DNA of 64,000 bases from Parachlamydiales bacterium (GCA_020051075.1 JAGVJP010000120.1:1-64000); one strand, 5' to 3'; counted from the stretch's first letter, positions 22,472 to 32,810 are shown. The notes: generated from the sequence alone by a model not told the origin. A program made the numbers and translations.

Positions 22472-23953
22472 ATGGATTGCCCATTGCTTCAAGCGATTTA
22501 CCAGCAGCAGAGCCATCCCTTTTCACCTTTTGACGAAGCTGTAAAGAAGTTTTTCGATAGGCAGGAATGCCCATCTCGAGAAATTATCGATGAAGGGCTG
22601 ATTTGGAAGGAACCCCTTCTGTCCGAAGAAACTGCCATGTTAAATTGGAAAGAGCTCCTTGCTGTCAATTTTCTTTGTAAACTTTCCGGCTCCGGTTTAG
22701 ATGAGATGGAGAATCGAATTAGGTTTTATGAAGCGAAGCCGTGGAATCACCAATCCCAATACTTTCGGTCTGTCGTTGCTTTGAACCATGCTTTGGTTGG
22801 AATACCCATTCCCGCGACTGGAACACATCTTCTCCCTGGCGGCGCTGCTTTAATCGACTTATATGAGTATCGCCCATGGCTATCGCTCCCGTTCACCCCT
22901 CAGCATTTTGAATATGGGATTTTTTTGGGAGTCCTCGCTCTTCTCACACAGCGCGATGACCTCAAAGAACACACGCTTCGGATGGCTCATTGGCAAACGA
23001 ATACCCTTGACGCTGATGCTGTTCCCCTGGCAGGATTGTTTGTGAGAGAACAAGATGGCTCAAATCCGAGTTTTCTCGTTCTCAGTTATCTGTTGTTTAG
23101 AGTCGCAAGCCTATTGGACAAAAATGTTGTTTTTGAAAATGCTGCAACAGCATCCATTGAGAGATTAATGAAAGAAGAGAGCCGTTATTTAGAGCCTCTT
23201 CACCCTCTTTGGCCATTGTTGGAGAGATGGTTATTTCAGTTTCCATCAACTCCATTTTCTTCAACCGATTTGGCAGATCATATTCACGACCCATCAACAG
23301 CTCTCGTTGGATGCCGCAAGAAACGTCAACACGTCATTTGTACTTTGCATGGAGAGCATACTGGTTTGGGGAGCTTGCGCCAAGGGGATGTTGAGATCAT
23401 TAATTACGGACCACAATATCTGCCGCTTGAGGATTGCCGGGGTTTTGGCATAGAGGGGAATGTTTTATCGGATCATGGCGCCCGGAAAACGTTTGTCGAC
23501 TGGCGGGCTCATAGCTTCTCACTAAAAGGGTGTGCACGCCTTGTCGATCAGCCGGCAGCAACGTCTTTTGGAATGGGATTATTTCGAGGCATCTGGATCG
23601 ATATCGTCCAAGAATATAAGAATTCCACCTTCAATTTGAAAACGACTTTCATGAGTTTAGAAGGGTGGGATTCTGTTGTTTTCAGCTTTTTCGTCAAGGC
23701 GTCCAGCTGTCAAATTGGCGGCTGTTCTCTTAAACCAAATACGCTTGAAAGATATGAAGGAGAGATGCACAAAATTGTGTTGGAAGGGCAAGAATCTAAG
23801 CTGGATCTCGAAGCAACACCTTTCGAAGATGGGGCGATGACGGTTATCCCATTGGCTGGGACCCGCAATTTCTGGGGAGCCAATTTCTTGATTGCGTATT
23901 CCCTCTCGCCCAAAGAAAAACACTATAACTGGAAAATCGGTTCTTTTATTTAG
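22472..23953 (+). CDS. Hypothetical protein (493 aa)
   Basis: Long ORF; helical-looking N-half, beta-rich C-half; no family recognised. Confidence 0.7.
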   Translation: MDCPLLQAIYQQQSHPFSPFDEAVKKFFDRQECPSREIIDEGLIWKEPLLSEETAMLNWKELLAVNFLCKLSGSGLDEMENRIRFYEAKPWNHQSQYFRSVVALNHALVGIPIPATGTHLLPGGAALIDLYEYRPWLSLPFTPQHFEYGIFLGVLALLTQRDDLKEHTLRMAHWQTNTLDADAVPLAGLFVREQDGSNPSFLVLSYLLFRVASLLDKNVVFENAATASIERLMKEESRYLEPLHPLWPLLERWLFQFPSTPFSSTDLADHIHDPSTALVGCRKKRQHVICTLHGEHTGLGSLRQGDVEIINYGPQYLPLEDCRGFGIEGNVLSDHGARKTFVDWRAHSFSLKGCARLVDQPAATSFGMGLFRGIWIDIVQEYKNSTFNLKTTFMSLEGWDSVVFSFFVKASSCQIGGCSLKPNTLERYEGEMHKIVLEGQESKLDLEATPFEDGAMTVIPLAGTRNFWGANFLIAYSLSPKEKHYNWKIGSFI

Positions 23954-24374
23954 AGGACCTCAAAACCGCCGCCGAATGCGCGATTCCTCGCAAATATGCG
24001 TCGTTGATGAAGCTCCATACAGAGTGGAACGAGGTATGCGAGTGGGCTATTTTCTGGCAATTAGGGCATATGAAATCAGAATAAATTTTTTTTAATTCAA
24101 TTTTTATATTTTACTGTTTGGATTTTTTTGTTTTTTCATCAAATATTAAAGATGTAATACGAATAGATCAAGGAGAGGGGTGATAAAGAAAAATAAAGAG
24201 AGTAATTGCTTGGAAAAAAAACTTGGATTTGAGAGAATTTTGGAACATCTTTTTCTAGTACATCGAATTTGATTGAAATCTAAACGATTCTATTAGAATA
24301 ATGTTTTCAACTTATTACATTATACGAAAATAAAAGTGAGAACGAGATCTCACATCAAATTAAAGAGGTTTCAT

Positions 24375-25835
24375 ATGGAACTTGGACGTTACGAAATTGG
24401 AAGCAGTGTCTTCAAATTTTTACAATCTCATGACGGTAAGTCGGTTGTTGGGGAATACTTTGTGGACCAAGTTTTAAAAGGGACTTATGTAGTGAGTCTA
24501 TCGGTTTTCAAAGATTTAAATGAATCCTTATCTATTGAAAAACAGATTCCAAGACTCATCAGCTTAGGGTATGTTCCATGTCTTAAAAACGAGAAAATTA
24601 AATGGGTAAAACTCATTGGCCAAAGTCCAATCAGGCATTCAGGACCCTCGATTAGTCAAGAGACTTCATCCGTCTCAACCGATTCATTGGGTAAAAAGTC
24701 GTTGGTCTTGCCAGCATCATCTTTGCACCCTTCAAGTGCCTCAAGTTTAACTTCGTCTTCGAGCTCATCCTCATCTTCGAGCTCACCCATTTCTGGCTAT
24801 CGAACGAAAAGATCTCGAGAAGAACAAAGAGACAGCGGTCAGTTCTGTCATTCACTTCATCAAATAGGAATCGATCTTATGAGGTTAACTGGCTCAATTC
24901 GTCGTTTACAAGAATTAGAATCAATCGAAAAAAATCTTCTTCAATTAAAGCAGTTCAGTGCTCTTTTGCCAATTGAAGAGGAGATATTGCAGTTACGTAA
25001 AGAGATTTTTGGAGAAAAACATCCGGCTGTAGGATTAGCTTTAAAAAATTTGGGGAGTATCTATGTGGTAATAGGGGATTGTGAACAAGCTTATGCGTAT
25101 CAGAGTCAATCAGTGCGGCATTCTCAAGAGTTACTCGAAAAACAAAAGAGCGAACTTTCTCCCGAATTGTTAAAGGAAAGGATAATGTCGATCGTGAAGT
25201 CTTTAAATGGTTTGGGAAATACTTGTATTCATATTGGAAAGTATGAAGAGGCGTTGCGGCTTAACTTAGAAGCATTAGGATTGTGTCGAACAGTTCTAGA
25301 GAGTGGCGATCAGTATTTTGGTATCATTTTAAGTAGTGTGGGGAGTTCATATGGAATGTTAAAACAATATCGAGAGGCTCTTGACTATCAGGAAGAGGCG
25401 TTACCTTTTTTACAACAGGATGGTGATAATTTGACGTTAGCAATGTGTTATAACAATGGAGGAGTGGCTTATGGAAAGTTAAGAGAACATGATAAAGCTT
25501 TGGAAAATCATCGTAAAGCTTTGCAAATAAGAAAAAGGATTCTAGGAGAAAAGCATTCAGAAGTAGGAATAAGTTTAAACAATGTTGGGGGGACTTTGTA
25601 TTACTTAGGGAATTGGGAAGAGGCTTTAAAGTATTTTTTAGAGAGCTTTAAACTTTCCTGCGAAACGATTTGTCAGCAGTTATCACAGGAAATCATAATA
25701 GAAAATATGATTCATTGTTTAAAGGGTTTAACCGATTCTGAATTGATTCAACAAACAAAAAACGAAATTCTCCCTTTGGCCAATATAAAATTAGGGGAAA
25801 GTCATCCTCTTGTCATGCGTCTACGGGAACTTTAA
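24375..25835 (+). CDS. Tetratricopeptide repeat protein with Ser-rich linker
   Basis: GEKHP.VG.AL.NLG, SLNGLGN, KALQIRKRILGEKHSEVGISLNNVG repeats; GAGG RBS before ATG 24375. Confidence 0.85.
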   Translation: MELGRYEIGSSVFKFLQSHDGKSVVGEYFVDQVLKGTYVVSLSVFKDLNESLSIEKQIPRLISLGYVPCLKNEKIKWVKLIGQSPIRHSGPSISQETSSVSTDSLGKKSLVLPASSLHPSSASSLTSSSSSSSSSSSPISGYRTKRSREEQRDSGQFCHSLHQIGIDLMRLTGSIRRLQELESIEKNLLQLKQFSALLPIEEEILQLRKEIFGEKHPAVGLALKNLGSIYVVIGDCEQAYAYQSQSVRHSQELLEKQKSELSPELLKERIMSIVKSLNGLGNTCIHIGKYEEALRLNLEALGLCRTVLESGDQYFGIILSSVGSSYGMLKQYREALDYQEEALPFLQQDGDNLTLAMCYNNGGVAYGKLREHDKALENHRKALQIRKRILGEKHSEVGISLNNVGGTLYYLGNWEEALKYFLESFKLSCETICQQLSQEIIIENMIHCLKGLTDSELIQQTKNEILPLANIKLGESHPLVMRLREL

Positions 25836-25906
25836 AACTGATAAAAGAAATTTTGTCATAGAGAAAATGGAAGATGTTGTCTTGGGACCTCAGTGTTTAA
25901 ATTGCA

Positions 25907-25935
25907 TTGGCAAAAAGGTTCGAACAGCCTATAAT
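25907..25935 (+). promoter_or_regulatory. Sigma70/sigma66-type promoter for the LD-transpeptidase-accA-msbA-queC operon
   Basis: TTGGCA-N17-TATAAT. Confidence 0.6.
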
Positions 25936-25967
25936 CATGGCCTTAAGTTTAAGAATGGAGTGAGGAG

Positions 25968-27008
25968 ATGACGTTGCCTAAGTTACTTTTTTTTATTGCA
26001 GTGGCATTGTTCGGGCTTATCTCCATGGCCGCACTATTTAAAAAATCGGCCGCGGCAACTCATCAACCAAGTTCTATATCGGTTCCGCTTGAAGTGTCCT
26101 TGGATCAACAGGTGCAGGAGATCACCCCTGCTGCATTAGCAGTCCATAAACCTGCTGTCATTGAACCGAAAATCCCGGCTGCTGCTTCCTCTACTCCCTC
26201 ATTGCCCGTCACTTCCCTGCCTGATGTGGACCGTATTGAAGAGCTATTCAGTAAACAAGATCCAAAGTTTCCAATTGTGGAAACCATCACCTACAAAAGT
26301 CGTGTTCCCTGGCTGAAAGGGCGTCCGGCTTGGCTTTCCGATTATGCTTCGCATTACAACACGTCAAGGCACTTCATTGCGCGAAGCCTCAACGGCAAAC
26401 CCGATTATTTCAAGCAAGATTTAGCTGAAGGGGATCGTTTCAACGTCTTCCGTCTAGACAAGAATGTTGAATTCAGCCTCGTCGTCGATACCTCACGCTG
26501 CAAGATGTGGCTTTTTTACGTTGACACCGATGAAAAAGCACCGGTACTCATGAAAACATACCCTGTCTGCTTAGGAAGGCTTGACCCTTCAAAAGCGTCG
26601 GGGCTTCTCACTCCTTTGGGAAAATATTCTCTTGGCGACCGCATTGCAATCTATAACGCAAAAACAACAGGAACATACCAAGGGAATAAAATTGATATGA
26701 TTTCTGTGTTTGGGACTCGGTGGATTCCATTCAGCAAAGAGCTAGGACCGACAACAGCTCCTGCAAAGGGATTCGGGCTGCACGGAACTCCATGGAAGAT
26801 CGATGCCAATGGCCAGCGAGTTGAAGATATGACAAGTGTCGGTAAGTATGAAAGCGATGGTTGCATTCGTTTGACAACACCTGATGTCGAAGAACTCTAT
26901 TCCATCGTGATCACAAAGCCGACGACAATAGAAATCGTCCGTGATTTTTCTGAGTCGTCTCTCGCTGATGCTTTGAACCCTGAACGATTACATAAACAAG
27001 GGGGGTAA
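25968..27008 (+). CDS. L,D-transpeptidase (YkuD) family protein
   Basis: TPLGKY, FGTRWI, GLHGT, SDGCIRL; N-terminal membrane anchor. Confidence 0.85.
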   Translation: MTLPKLLFFIAVALFGLISMAALFKKSAAATHQPSSISVPLEVSLDQQVQEITPAALAVHKPAVIEPKIPAAASSTPSLPVTSLPDVDRIEELFSKQDPKFPIVETITYKSRVPWLKGRPAWLSDYASHYNTSRHFIARSLNGKPDYFKQDLAEGDRFNVFRLDKNVEFSLVVDTSRCKMWLFYVDTDEKAPVLMKTYPVCLGRLDPSKASGLLTPLGKYSLGDRIAIYNAKTTGTYQGNKIDMISVFGTRWIPFSKELGPTTAPAKGFGLHGTPWKIDANGQRVEDMTSVGKYESDGCIRLTTPDVEELYSIVITKPTTIEIVRDFSESSLADALNPERLHKQGG

Positions 27009-27012
27009 TGCC

Positions 27013-27972
27013 TTGGATACGCTGCCGCATGAAAAAGAGATCCATGAGTATATTCAAACCATTGAACGGCTCAAGAAACAAAGTCGAGATACCCCTCTGT
27101 TCAATACTGAAATCCGGAAACTCGAGCAGAAATTAGAAAAATTAAAACAAAAAACCTATTCGGAATTGACTCCTTGGCAGCGGATTTTAATCTGCCGTCA
27201 TTCGAACAGACCTCATGCCCTAGATTTTATTAAGGGGATGTGTGAGAAGTTTGTCGAACTGTCGGGCGACCGTCTCTATGGAGACGACCATGCCATCGTT
27301 GGAGGACTGGCAACGATAGCAGGGATCAATTGTGTCATCATGGGACAAGAAAAAGGGCACGATACTGAAAGCCGAGTCTTCCATAATTTCGGAATGCTTA
27401 ATCCTGAGGGGTTTAGAAAAGCGCTTCGGCTGATGAAATTAGCTGAAAAATTCAATCTCCCCATCATTTCATTGTTGGACACGTCTGGAGCGAACCCAGT
27501 TTTAGAAGCGGAAGAACGGGGGCAGGGGTGGGCCATTGCTCAAAACTTAAAAGAGATGAGTCTGATTCAAACTCCTATTATTGTCATAGTCATCGGAGAA
27601 GGCTGCTCTGGGGGTGCTCTAGGAATGGGAATAGGCGATGTCGTTGCGATGCTCGAACATGCTTATTATACTGTGATTTCCCCTGAAGGATGTGCCTCAA
27701 TATTGTGGAAGGACGCTTCAAAAAAAATTGAAGCTGCAACGGCCCTTAAACTCAATGCTGAAAATCTCCTCGATTTAAAAATCATCGACACCATTATCCC
27801 TGAGCCGTTAGGCGGCGCTCATCATGATCCGCATCAAACGTTCCATGAGGTCAAAACCTTTATCCTCGAACAGATGAGCATTCTGAGGCGAATTCCAACC
27901 CCCCTTTTGCTTGAGCAGCGCTACATGAAGTTTAGGCAGATGGGACGGTACCAAGAAGAAGAAAAATTATGA
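27013..27972 (+). CDS. accA: Acetyl-CoA carboxylase carboxyltransferase alpha
   Basis: GDRLYGDD, PEGFRKALR, GEGCSGGA, VISPEGCASILW. Confidence 0.97.
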   Translation: MDTLPHEKEIHEYIQTIERLKKQSRDTPLFNTEIRKLEQKLEKLKQKTYSELTPWQRILICRHSNRPHALDFIKGMCEKFVELSGDRLYGDDHAIVGGLATIAGINCVIMGQEKGHDTESRVFHNFGMLNPEGFRKALRLMKLAEKFNLPIISLLDTSGANPVLEAEERGQGWAIAQNLKEMSLIQTPIIVIVIGEGCSGGALGMGIGDVVAMLEHAYYTVISPEGCASILWKDASKKIEAATALKLNAENLLDLKIIDTIIPEPLGGAHHDPHQTFHEVKTFILEQMSILRRIPTPLLLEQRYMKFRQMGRYQEEEKL

Positions 27973-29924
27973 AGCGCCTTTTAAAAACAGCTCTGTTGGG
28001 AGTGCAGCACCGAGGCTTGATCCTCTTTACAGTCTCCGCGATGATTCTCCTCACATTTGCCTCTCAATTTGAGGTGATTGCTTTAGGAATCATCACTCGG
28101 AAAGGACCCGATTTCTTCGAGCTTTTCGCACCTATTCAAGAGGGTAAATTAGAGAAAAAACAGCAGGTGGATCGAAGCGATGTCAATGAACGTTGGCAGG
28201 CTCTCGACCCAACGAATAGCGGCACAATCACATTACAAGATACAACGCTGTTTCTTAGCAAATATAAAGGGGCCGACCTTATTGAGCGGGTGACTCATGT
28301 TGTCGACCATTGGCTTCCAATCAGCTCAAGTTTGAAGGCCTTATCGCTGTTTATCATCCTTGTGGCATTAATCAAATCGATCACGCTGTTTTGCCACCGT
28401 TTTTCATCCCGCGTTGTCGCCATCAGAGTCAGCTGTGAGTTGAGGCAAACTTATTTTGAACACATCCAATCCCTGCCAATGGATTTCTATCAGAAACATC
28501 ACATTGGCAGCCTCTCTTCACGCGTCGTTGGAGATGCTGCACTCGTTGCAGAAGCGCTGAATGCATGCATTGTGAACTACTTGCAAACCCCTTTTACAGT
28601 CGTTTCAACCCTTTCGCTCTGTTTCATCACCTCTTGGCAATTGTCCTTAATTATCTTTCTCGGATTTCCGCTCATTGTCTATCCTATTATCTTTCTTGCA
28701 AAAAGGGTGAAGCGGATTTCTAAACAGCTGCAAAAAAATCAAGAGACTTTTGCTTCCGTTCTGATCGATTTTCTCTCCGGCATTCAAACTGTAAAAGTGT
28801 TCTCGATGGAAGAGTTTTCTTTAAAGAAATATCGGGAGCAAAATCAAAAAATGGCAGGATTGGAGCAGAAAAGCGCTCGCTATGACCTCTCTTCAAGGCC
28901 TATTGTCCATACAATAGGAATGTTTTTTTTAGCAACAGCCCTCCTCTATGGGTTATATGTTCTTCACATGAATGTCTCTGAAGTTCTTGTCTATTGCGGA
29001 CTTCTCTATATCTTTTACGAACCGATCAAAAAATTTGCAGAAGAAAATACCCACATTCAACGGGGCATTGCTGCTGCAGAGAGAATGCAAGAGGTCCTTT
29101 CTCTTGACCCAGGCATCTCCGACGTCGATGGAGCCCTTTCATTAACGACCTTCAACGATGCGATCGAGTTCAAAAACGTTTGGTTTAAATATGAAGATCA
29201 GTGGGTTCTTAAAGGATTGAATTTCAAAGTCAAAAGAGGGGAAACAGTGGCGATTGTCGGACCGACTGGATCGGGAAAATCGACAATTGTGCAGTTGTTG
29301 CCACGCCTCTATGAGGTGAATAAGGGTGAAATTAGAATCGATGGATTGCCTCTCAAAGCCTATACTCAACGCTCTTTGCGCGAAAGCATTGCTTTTGTTC
29401 CTCAAAAACCGTTCTTATTCCTCGACACCGTAGCAGAAAATATCTCTTTTGGACGTCCCTTCTCAGATCAGGAGGTGCACGAAGCAGCAGTTCAGGCGTT
29501 TGCCGACGAATTCATCCAGACATTGCCTAATGGATATCAGACTGAATTGATGGAAGCAGGAAAAAATCTCTCTGGTGGGCAGCAGCAGCGATTGGCCATT
29601 GCACGGGCGTTGGTAAAAAAGGCCCCTATCCTTGTGTTAGATGAAGCGACTTCAGCGCTTGATGTGGTCAGTGAAGGCCATATTAAACGGGCTCTAGAGC
29701 AGCTTAAAGGTACAGTCACGCAAATTATCATAGCGCATCGCTTTTCTACCATCGAACACGCCGATAAAATCATCTATTTAGATAAAGGCGAGAAAATTGC
29801 TGAAGGAACTAAAGAAGAACTGCTGCAAATATGTCCTCCATTTAAGAAGATGTGGGATATGATGCGTAACCCCGATTCAGCTTCGGCTTTAGAAAATTCA
29901 ACGATTGAGATGGTCGATGCATAA
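27969..29924 (+). CDS. msbA: ABC transporter permease/ATPase, MsbA-like
   Basis: TM domain plus GPTGSGKST, LSGGQQQR, LDEATS; position after accA. Confidence 0.8.
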   Translation: MKRLLKTALLGVQHRGLILFTVSAMILLTFASQFEVIALGIITRKGPDFFELFAPIQEGKLEKKQQVDRSDVNERWQALDPTNSGTITLQDTTLFLSKYKGADLIERVTHVVDHWLPISSSLKALSLFIILVALIKSITLFCHRFSSRVVAIRVSCELRQTYFEHIQSLPMDFYQKHHIGSLSSRVVGDAALVAEALNACIVNYLQTPFTVVSTLSLCFITSWQLSLIIFLGFPLIVYPIIFLAKRVKRISKQLQKNQETFASVLIDFLSGIQTVKVFSMEEFSLKKYREQNQKMAGLEQKSARYDLSSRPIVHTIGMFFLATALLYGLYVLHMNVSEVLVYCGLLYIFYEPIKKFAEENTHIQRGIAAAERMQEVLSLDPGISDVDGALSLTTFNDAIEFKNVWFKYEDQWVLKGLNFKVKRGETVAIVGPTGSGKSTIVQLLPRLYEVNKGEIRIDGLPLKAYTQRSLRESIAFVPQKPFLFLDTVAENISFGRPFSDQEVHEAAVQAFADEFIQTLPNGYQTELMEAGKNLSGGQQQRLAIARALVKKAPILVLDEATSALDVVSEGHIKRALEQLKGTVTQIIIAHRFSTIEHADKIIYLDKGEKIAEGTKEELLQICPPFKKMWDMMRNPDSASALENSTIEMVDA

Positions 29925-30612
29925 AAAAGCCCTTGTTATTCATTCTGGAGGATTAGATTCATCCCTTTGCCTCTCCTTAGCCTGTCAAGAGTTCGGCCAG
30001 GCTGATGTATTGAGCGTTTCATTTTCTTATCATCAACGCCATGCTCCTGAACTCGTTCAGGCAGCTCAAATCTGCGCTGACTGGAATGTTGACCATATTG
30101 AGCTCGACATCGACTGCTTGCAGGTGATTACTAAAGATGCTCTAACTGACCATACTCTCCCTATCGAATTTGGGAATAGCCATCACACCAACACACTAAC
30201 GGTTGGAAGAAATGGTTTGATGGCTCGCTTAGGGGCAATTCACGCCAACTATCTCGGCGCTCATTGCCTCTATATGGGCGTGATCGAAGTTGATGGCTTC
30301 AGATGGGGATATCGAGACTGCTCAAGAGAATACTTCGATCTTAAGCAGAATCTTCTGAGAATCGATCTCAACGACCCTCATTTTGAAATTCGGACTCCCC
30401 TGGTACACCTTCAGAAAAAGGGTGTGCTTGCCCTTGCCTATGAAATGGGAATCCTTAGCTATCTATTAGACACGACGATCAGCTGTTACAATGGCATTCG
30501 GAGAGTGGGTTGTCAAGCTTGTCCCTCGTGCACATTGCGCAACCATGCCATACAAGAATTTCTCAAGGAACACCCAACCTTTGACATGCCCTACAAGATT
30601 CATACACATTGA
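29917..30612 (+). CDS. queC: 7-cyano-7-deazaguanine synthase
   Basis: SGGLDS, GRN, YRDC, TPL, SCY..GCQACPSC. Confidence 0.92.
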   Translation: MHKKALVIHSGGLDSSLCLSLACQEFGQADVLSVSFSYHQRHAPELVQAAQICADWNVDHIELDIDCLQVITKDALTDHTLPIEFGNSHHTNTLTVGRNGLMARLGAIHANYLGAHCLYMGVIEVDGFRWGYRDCSREYFDLKQNLLRIDLNDPHFEIRTPLVHLQKKGVLALAYEMGILSYLLDTTISCYNGIRRVGCQACPSCTLRNHAIQEFLKEHPTFDMPYKIHTH

Positions 30613-30672
30613 TAAGCCCTCATAGGCATTAGGTTAACTCGCCTTTCGCATCCAAATTGCTAGAGCACAACT

Positions 30673-30767
30673 GAAACACAGAGGCACAGATGACACAGAG
30701 AGGGTTATAGAGGTATATCTCCATCTTTCCTTTCCTATCAATTTCGCAGGATGGGAAGGATGGTATC
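30673..30767. repeat. CACAGAG units plus degenerate CAGGAT hairpin, left flank of the YafQ-type TA module
   Basis: GAAACACAGAGGCACAGATGACACAGAG matches reverse complement of 62361-62394; CCTATCAATTTCGCAGGATGGGAAGGATGG. Confidence 0.75.
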
Positions 30768-30768
30768 T

Positions 30769-31035
30769 TTAGAAGAGCTCTGAATGAGATCCTATACGAA
30801 CTAGATGAACATATTCATCATCAACCCAATAGATGAGTAAAGTATCGGATTTGATATGACATTCCCTGAAGCCAACATAGTTTCCAACTAACGGATGGTC
30901 TAAATATTTCTCTGGAAGATGCTCCTTTTTTAAGAGAAAATCCAATACCGTATTGAGTTCTTGTTGCACTGATTTGTTATGCTCAAATTTTTTTAAATCT
31001 TTTTTGAAACGACGCGTTGGATCGGGCTTAAGCAT
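30769..31035 (-). CDS. Type II TA toxin, YafQ/RelE family
   Basis: FKKDLKK, DHPLVG, RECHIKSDTLLIY, GSHSELF. Confidence 0.92.
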   Translation of the reverse strand: MLKPDPTRRFKKDLKKFEHNKSVQQELNTVLDFLLKKEHLPEKYLDHPLVGNYVGFRECHIKSDTLLIYWVDDEYVHLVRIGSHSELF

Positions 31036-31306
31036 CAGGATTCATACCCATCTTTTCCCAGAAATCTTCGATAGAATCACATTTTATCCCTTTACCTTCT
31101 TTACTTTCCTGCATAGCCTCAAGAGTGGCTTTGTTGGGCTTCTTCTCTTGAGGGAAATCCTTTCTAAGATAAGAAAGAATGAACTCACTTAAATTCATGT
31201 GAGCTCTGGCAGCTAACATCTTGATGTAAGCTCTTTCATCGACAGTACAATCGATGGTTACTTTTGCTTTATCATGATGGTGTTGAGAATGAGATTGAGC
31301 ACCCAT
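31028..31306 (-). CDS. Type II antitoxin (RelB/DinJ-like)
   Basis: RHH-like N-half, PNKATLEAM..DSIEDFW C-half; overlaps toxin start. Confidence 0.8.
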   Translation of the reverse strand: MGAQSHSQHHHDKAKVTIDCTVDERAYIKMLAARAHMNLSEFILSYLRKDFPQEKKPNKATLEAMQESKEGKGIKCDSIEDFWEKMGMNPDA

Positions 31307-31412
31307 ATTATTCCTCCTTGTTTACAACTTCATTATACCAAATTCTCAAGATTTATGGAAACCCAAGATCTCTTTTTCTTGGAATTTCCAATTTGCCAGA
31401 ACATGAACGAAC

Positions 31413-31530
31413 TTAAAGCAGAGACGGGGAGGCGGAGAGACGCAGAGGGACTTATAGAGATAATTGCATACGTCGGACCCTAAAGGACAAGGGACTAAAG
31501 GGAACTAAAAAGGGACGTAAGAGACAAAAT
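31413..31530 (+). repeat. Periodic repeat cluster (GAGAC / GGGAC types), right flank of the TA module
   Basis: TTAAAGCAGAGACGGGGAGGCGGAGAGACGCAGAG; AAAGGACAAGGGACTAAAGGGAACTAAAAGGGAC. Confidence 0.7.
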
Positions 31531-31587
31531 ATGCACCTAAGTGACTAACCATTTGACGTAATCTTCTGTCAAGATTTTCTTACCTTT

Positions 31588-31720
31588 AATGGCATTCGGA
31601 GAGTGGGTTGTCAAGCCTGTCCCTCCTGCACATTGCGCAACCATGCCATACAAGAATTTCTCAAAGAACACCCAACCTTTGACATGCCCTACAAGATCCA
31701 CACTGATTGACGAGCCCTCA
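31588..31720 (+). pseudogene. Duplicated 3' end of queC (last 40 codons, stop and 10 nt)
   Basis: Direct repeat of 30490-30622. Confidence 0.95.
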
Positions 31721-31920
31721 ACATTAAGCACAAAGACACATAAATTCTCAGGTCAACCCCTATGCACACACTGTTTTCCATGGCTTTTACTAAACTCAAA
31801 GACCCAAAACATAGAGAGCTGCGGTAGCAGCGAAAGAGCGACAGTTTATCCAAAATTCGCGTTACTTAAGAATATAGCTATTTTTAACAGCTTAATAGAA
31901 GCTAAGAATATTTGTGCTTC

Positions 31921-32012
31921 CTATCTTGATTATCCTGCCGCTTGCGATCCTGCCTATCCTGTTTTTCTGTACTGGGCAGTCAGTGTTGCCTATCCTGTGC
32001 ATCTTGTGCGTC
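31921..32012 (-). repeat. CAGGATA-type element overlapping the epimerase 3' end
   Basis: Core TATCCTGCCGCTTGCGATCCTGC at 31931-31953. Confidence 0.9.
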
Positions 32013-32810
32013 TGGATGGGTGAACTGAAATCCGGCTAATTTGAGTTTATTGTTTGAGACCCGCTTATTGCCGCTGTGAAGCCTGGGAAGAGAGGGGTCC
32101 CACGAAAATAGAGGGAGATGGTGCTGCCGGCACAACTGATTGTAAAATTCTTTTCGTTGAAGGTGGACATCATTGCATAAGTTGTAAATCCCTTCAAGTT
32201 GATGGATGAGGGCAAAATCGATGGCGCCTACGATATCTTCGATATGGATGAGATTCGTATAAGCTTCTCCGTTTCCTGGTAGAGCAGTGTTTACCATCTT
32301 TTTCAGTCTGTCTACAATCCGTCTGCCAGGACCAAAGATCTCTCCCAGCCGGAAGATACATACCTTGACGCCTGGGGAACGGCAGCCTAGAAGAGTTTGT
32401 TCTGTCTGTAATAAGATGTTTCCACTTTCGTTTTCAGGAATGCAACAGCCGGTTTCATCTACCCAATCTCCATTTAAATCCCCATAAACAGAGGTGCTGC
32501 TCGTGTAGATAATCTGTTTGAGGGATGGAGCGTGGTGCAGCGCTTCCGAGATCTTATGAGCCGTGTCGAGGTAGGTAGAGCGATAGTCTTCACCCGGGCC
32601 TGGAGCCACACAAACCAATAGGATCTCTTGGTTTTGAATAAAACCATCAAAAGAATAGTCATTTAAGAGACAGACATGTTGTGCAACAGCAGAGAGGCTC
32701 TCAATTTTCTCTGCTTTTCTTGTGGTAACAGAGACGTCATGTCCTAGATGATTACAGAAGGCAGCAGCTTTCATGCCGACATAGCCGCACCCAATAATCC
32801 CAATCCGCAT
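31980..32810 (-). CDS. NAD-dependent epimerase/dehydratase (atypical SDR, YeeZ-like)
   Basis: IIGCGYVG, SSTSVYG, FRLGEIFGPGR, NLIHIEDI, KRVSN. Confidence 0.85.
   Translation of the reverse strand: MRIGIIGCGYVGMKAAAFCNHLGHDVSVTTRKAEKIESLSAVAQHVCLLNDYSFDGFIQNQEILLVCVAPGPGEDYRSTYLDTAHKISEALHHAPSLKQIIYTSSTSVYGDLNGDWVDETGCCIPENESGNILLQTEQTLLGCRSPGVKVCIFRLGEIFGPGRRIVDRLKKMVNTALPGNGEAYTNLIHIEDIVGAIDFALIHQLEGIYNLCNDVHLQRKEFYNQLCRQHHLPLFSWDPSLPRLHSGNKRVSNNKLKLAGFQFTHPDAQDAQDRQH

Noticed and set aside
25915..25930. tRNA T-loop-like GGTTCGAA
   Set aside because: No cloverleaf; it is the spacer of a promoter
30490..31720. Diversity-generating retroelement TR/VR pair
   Set aside because: Differences are not adenine-specific but mostly synonymous, and there is no reverse transcriptase in the window
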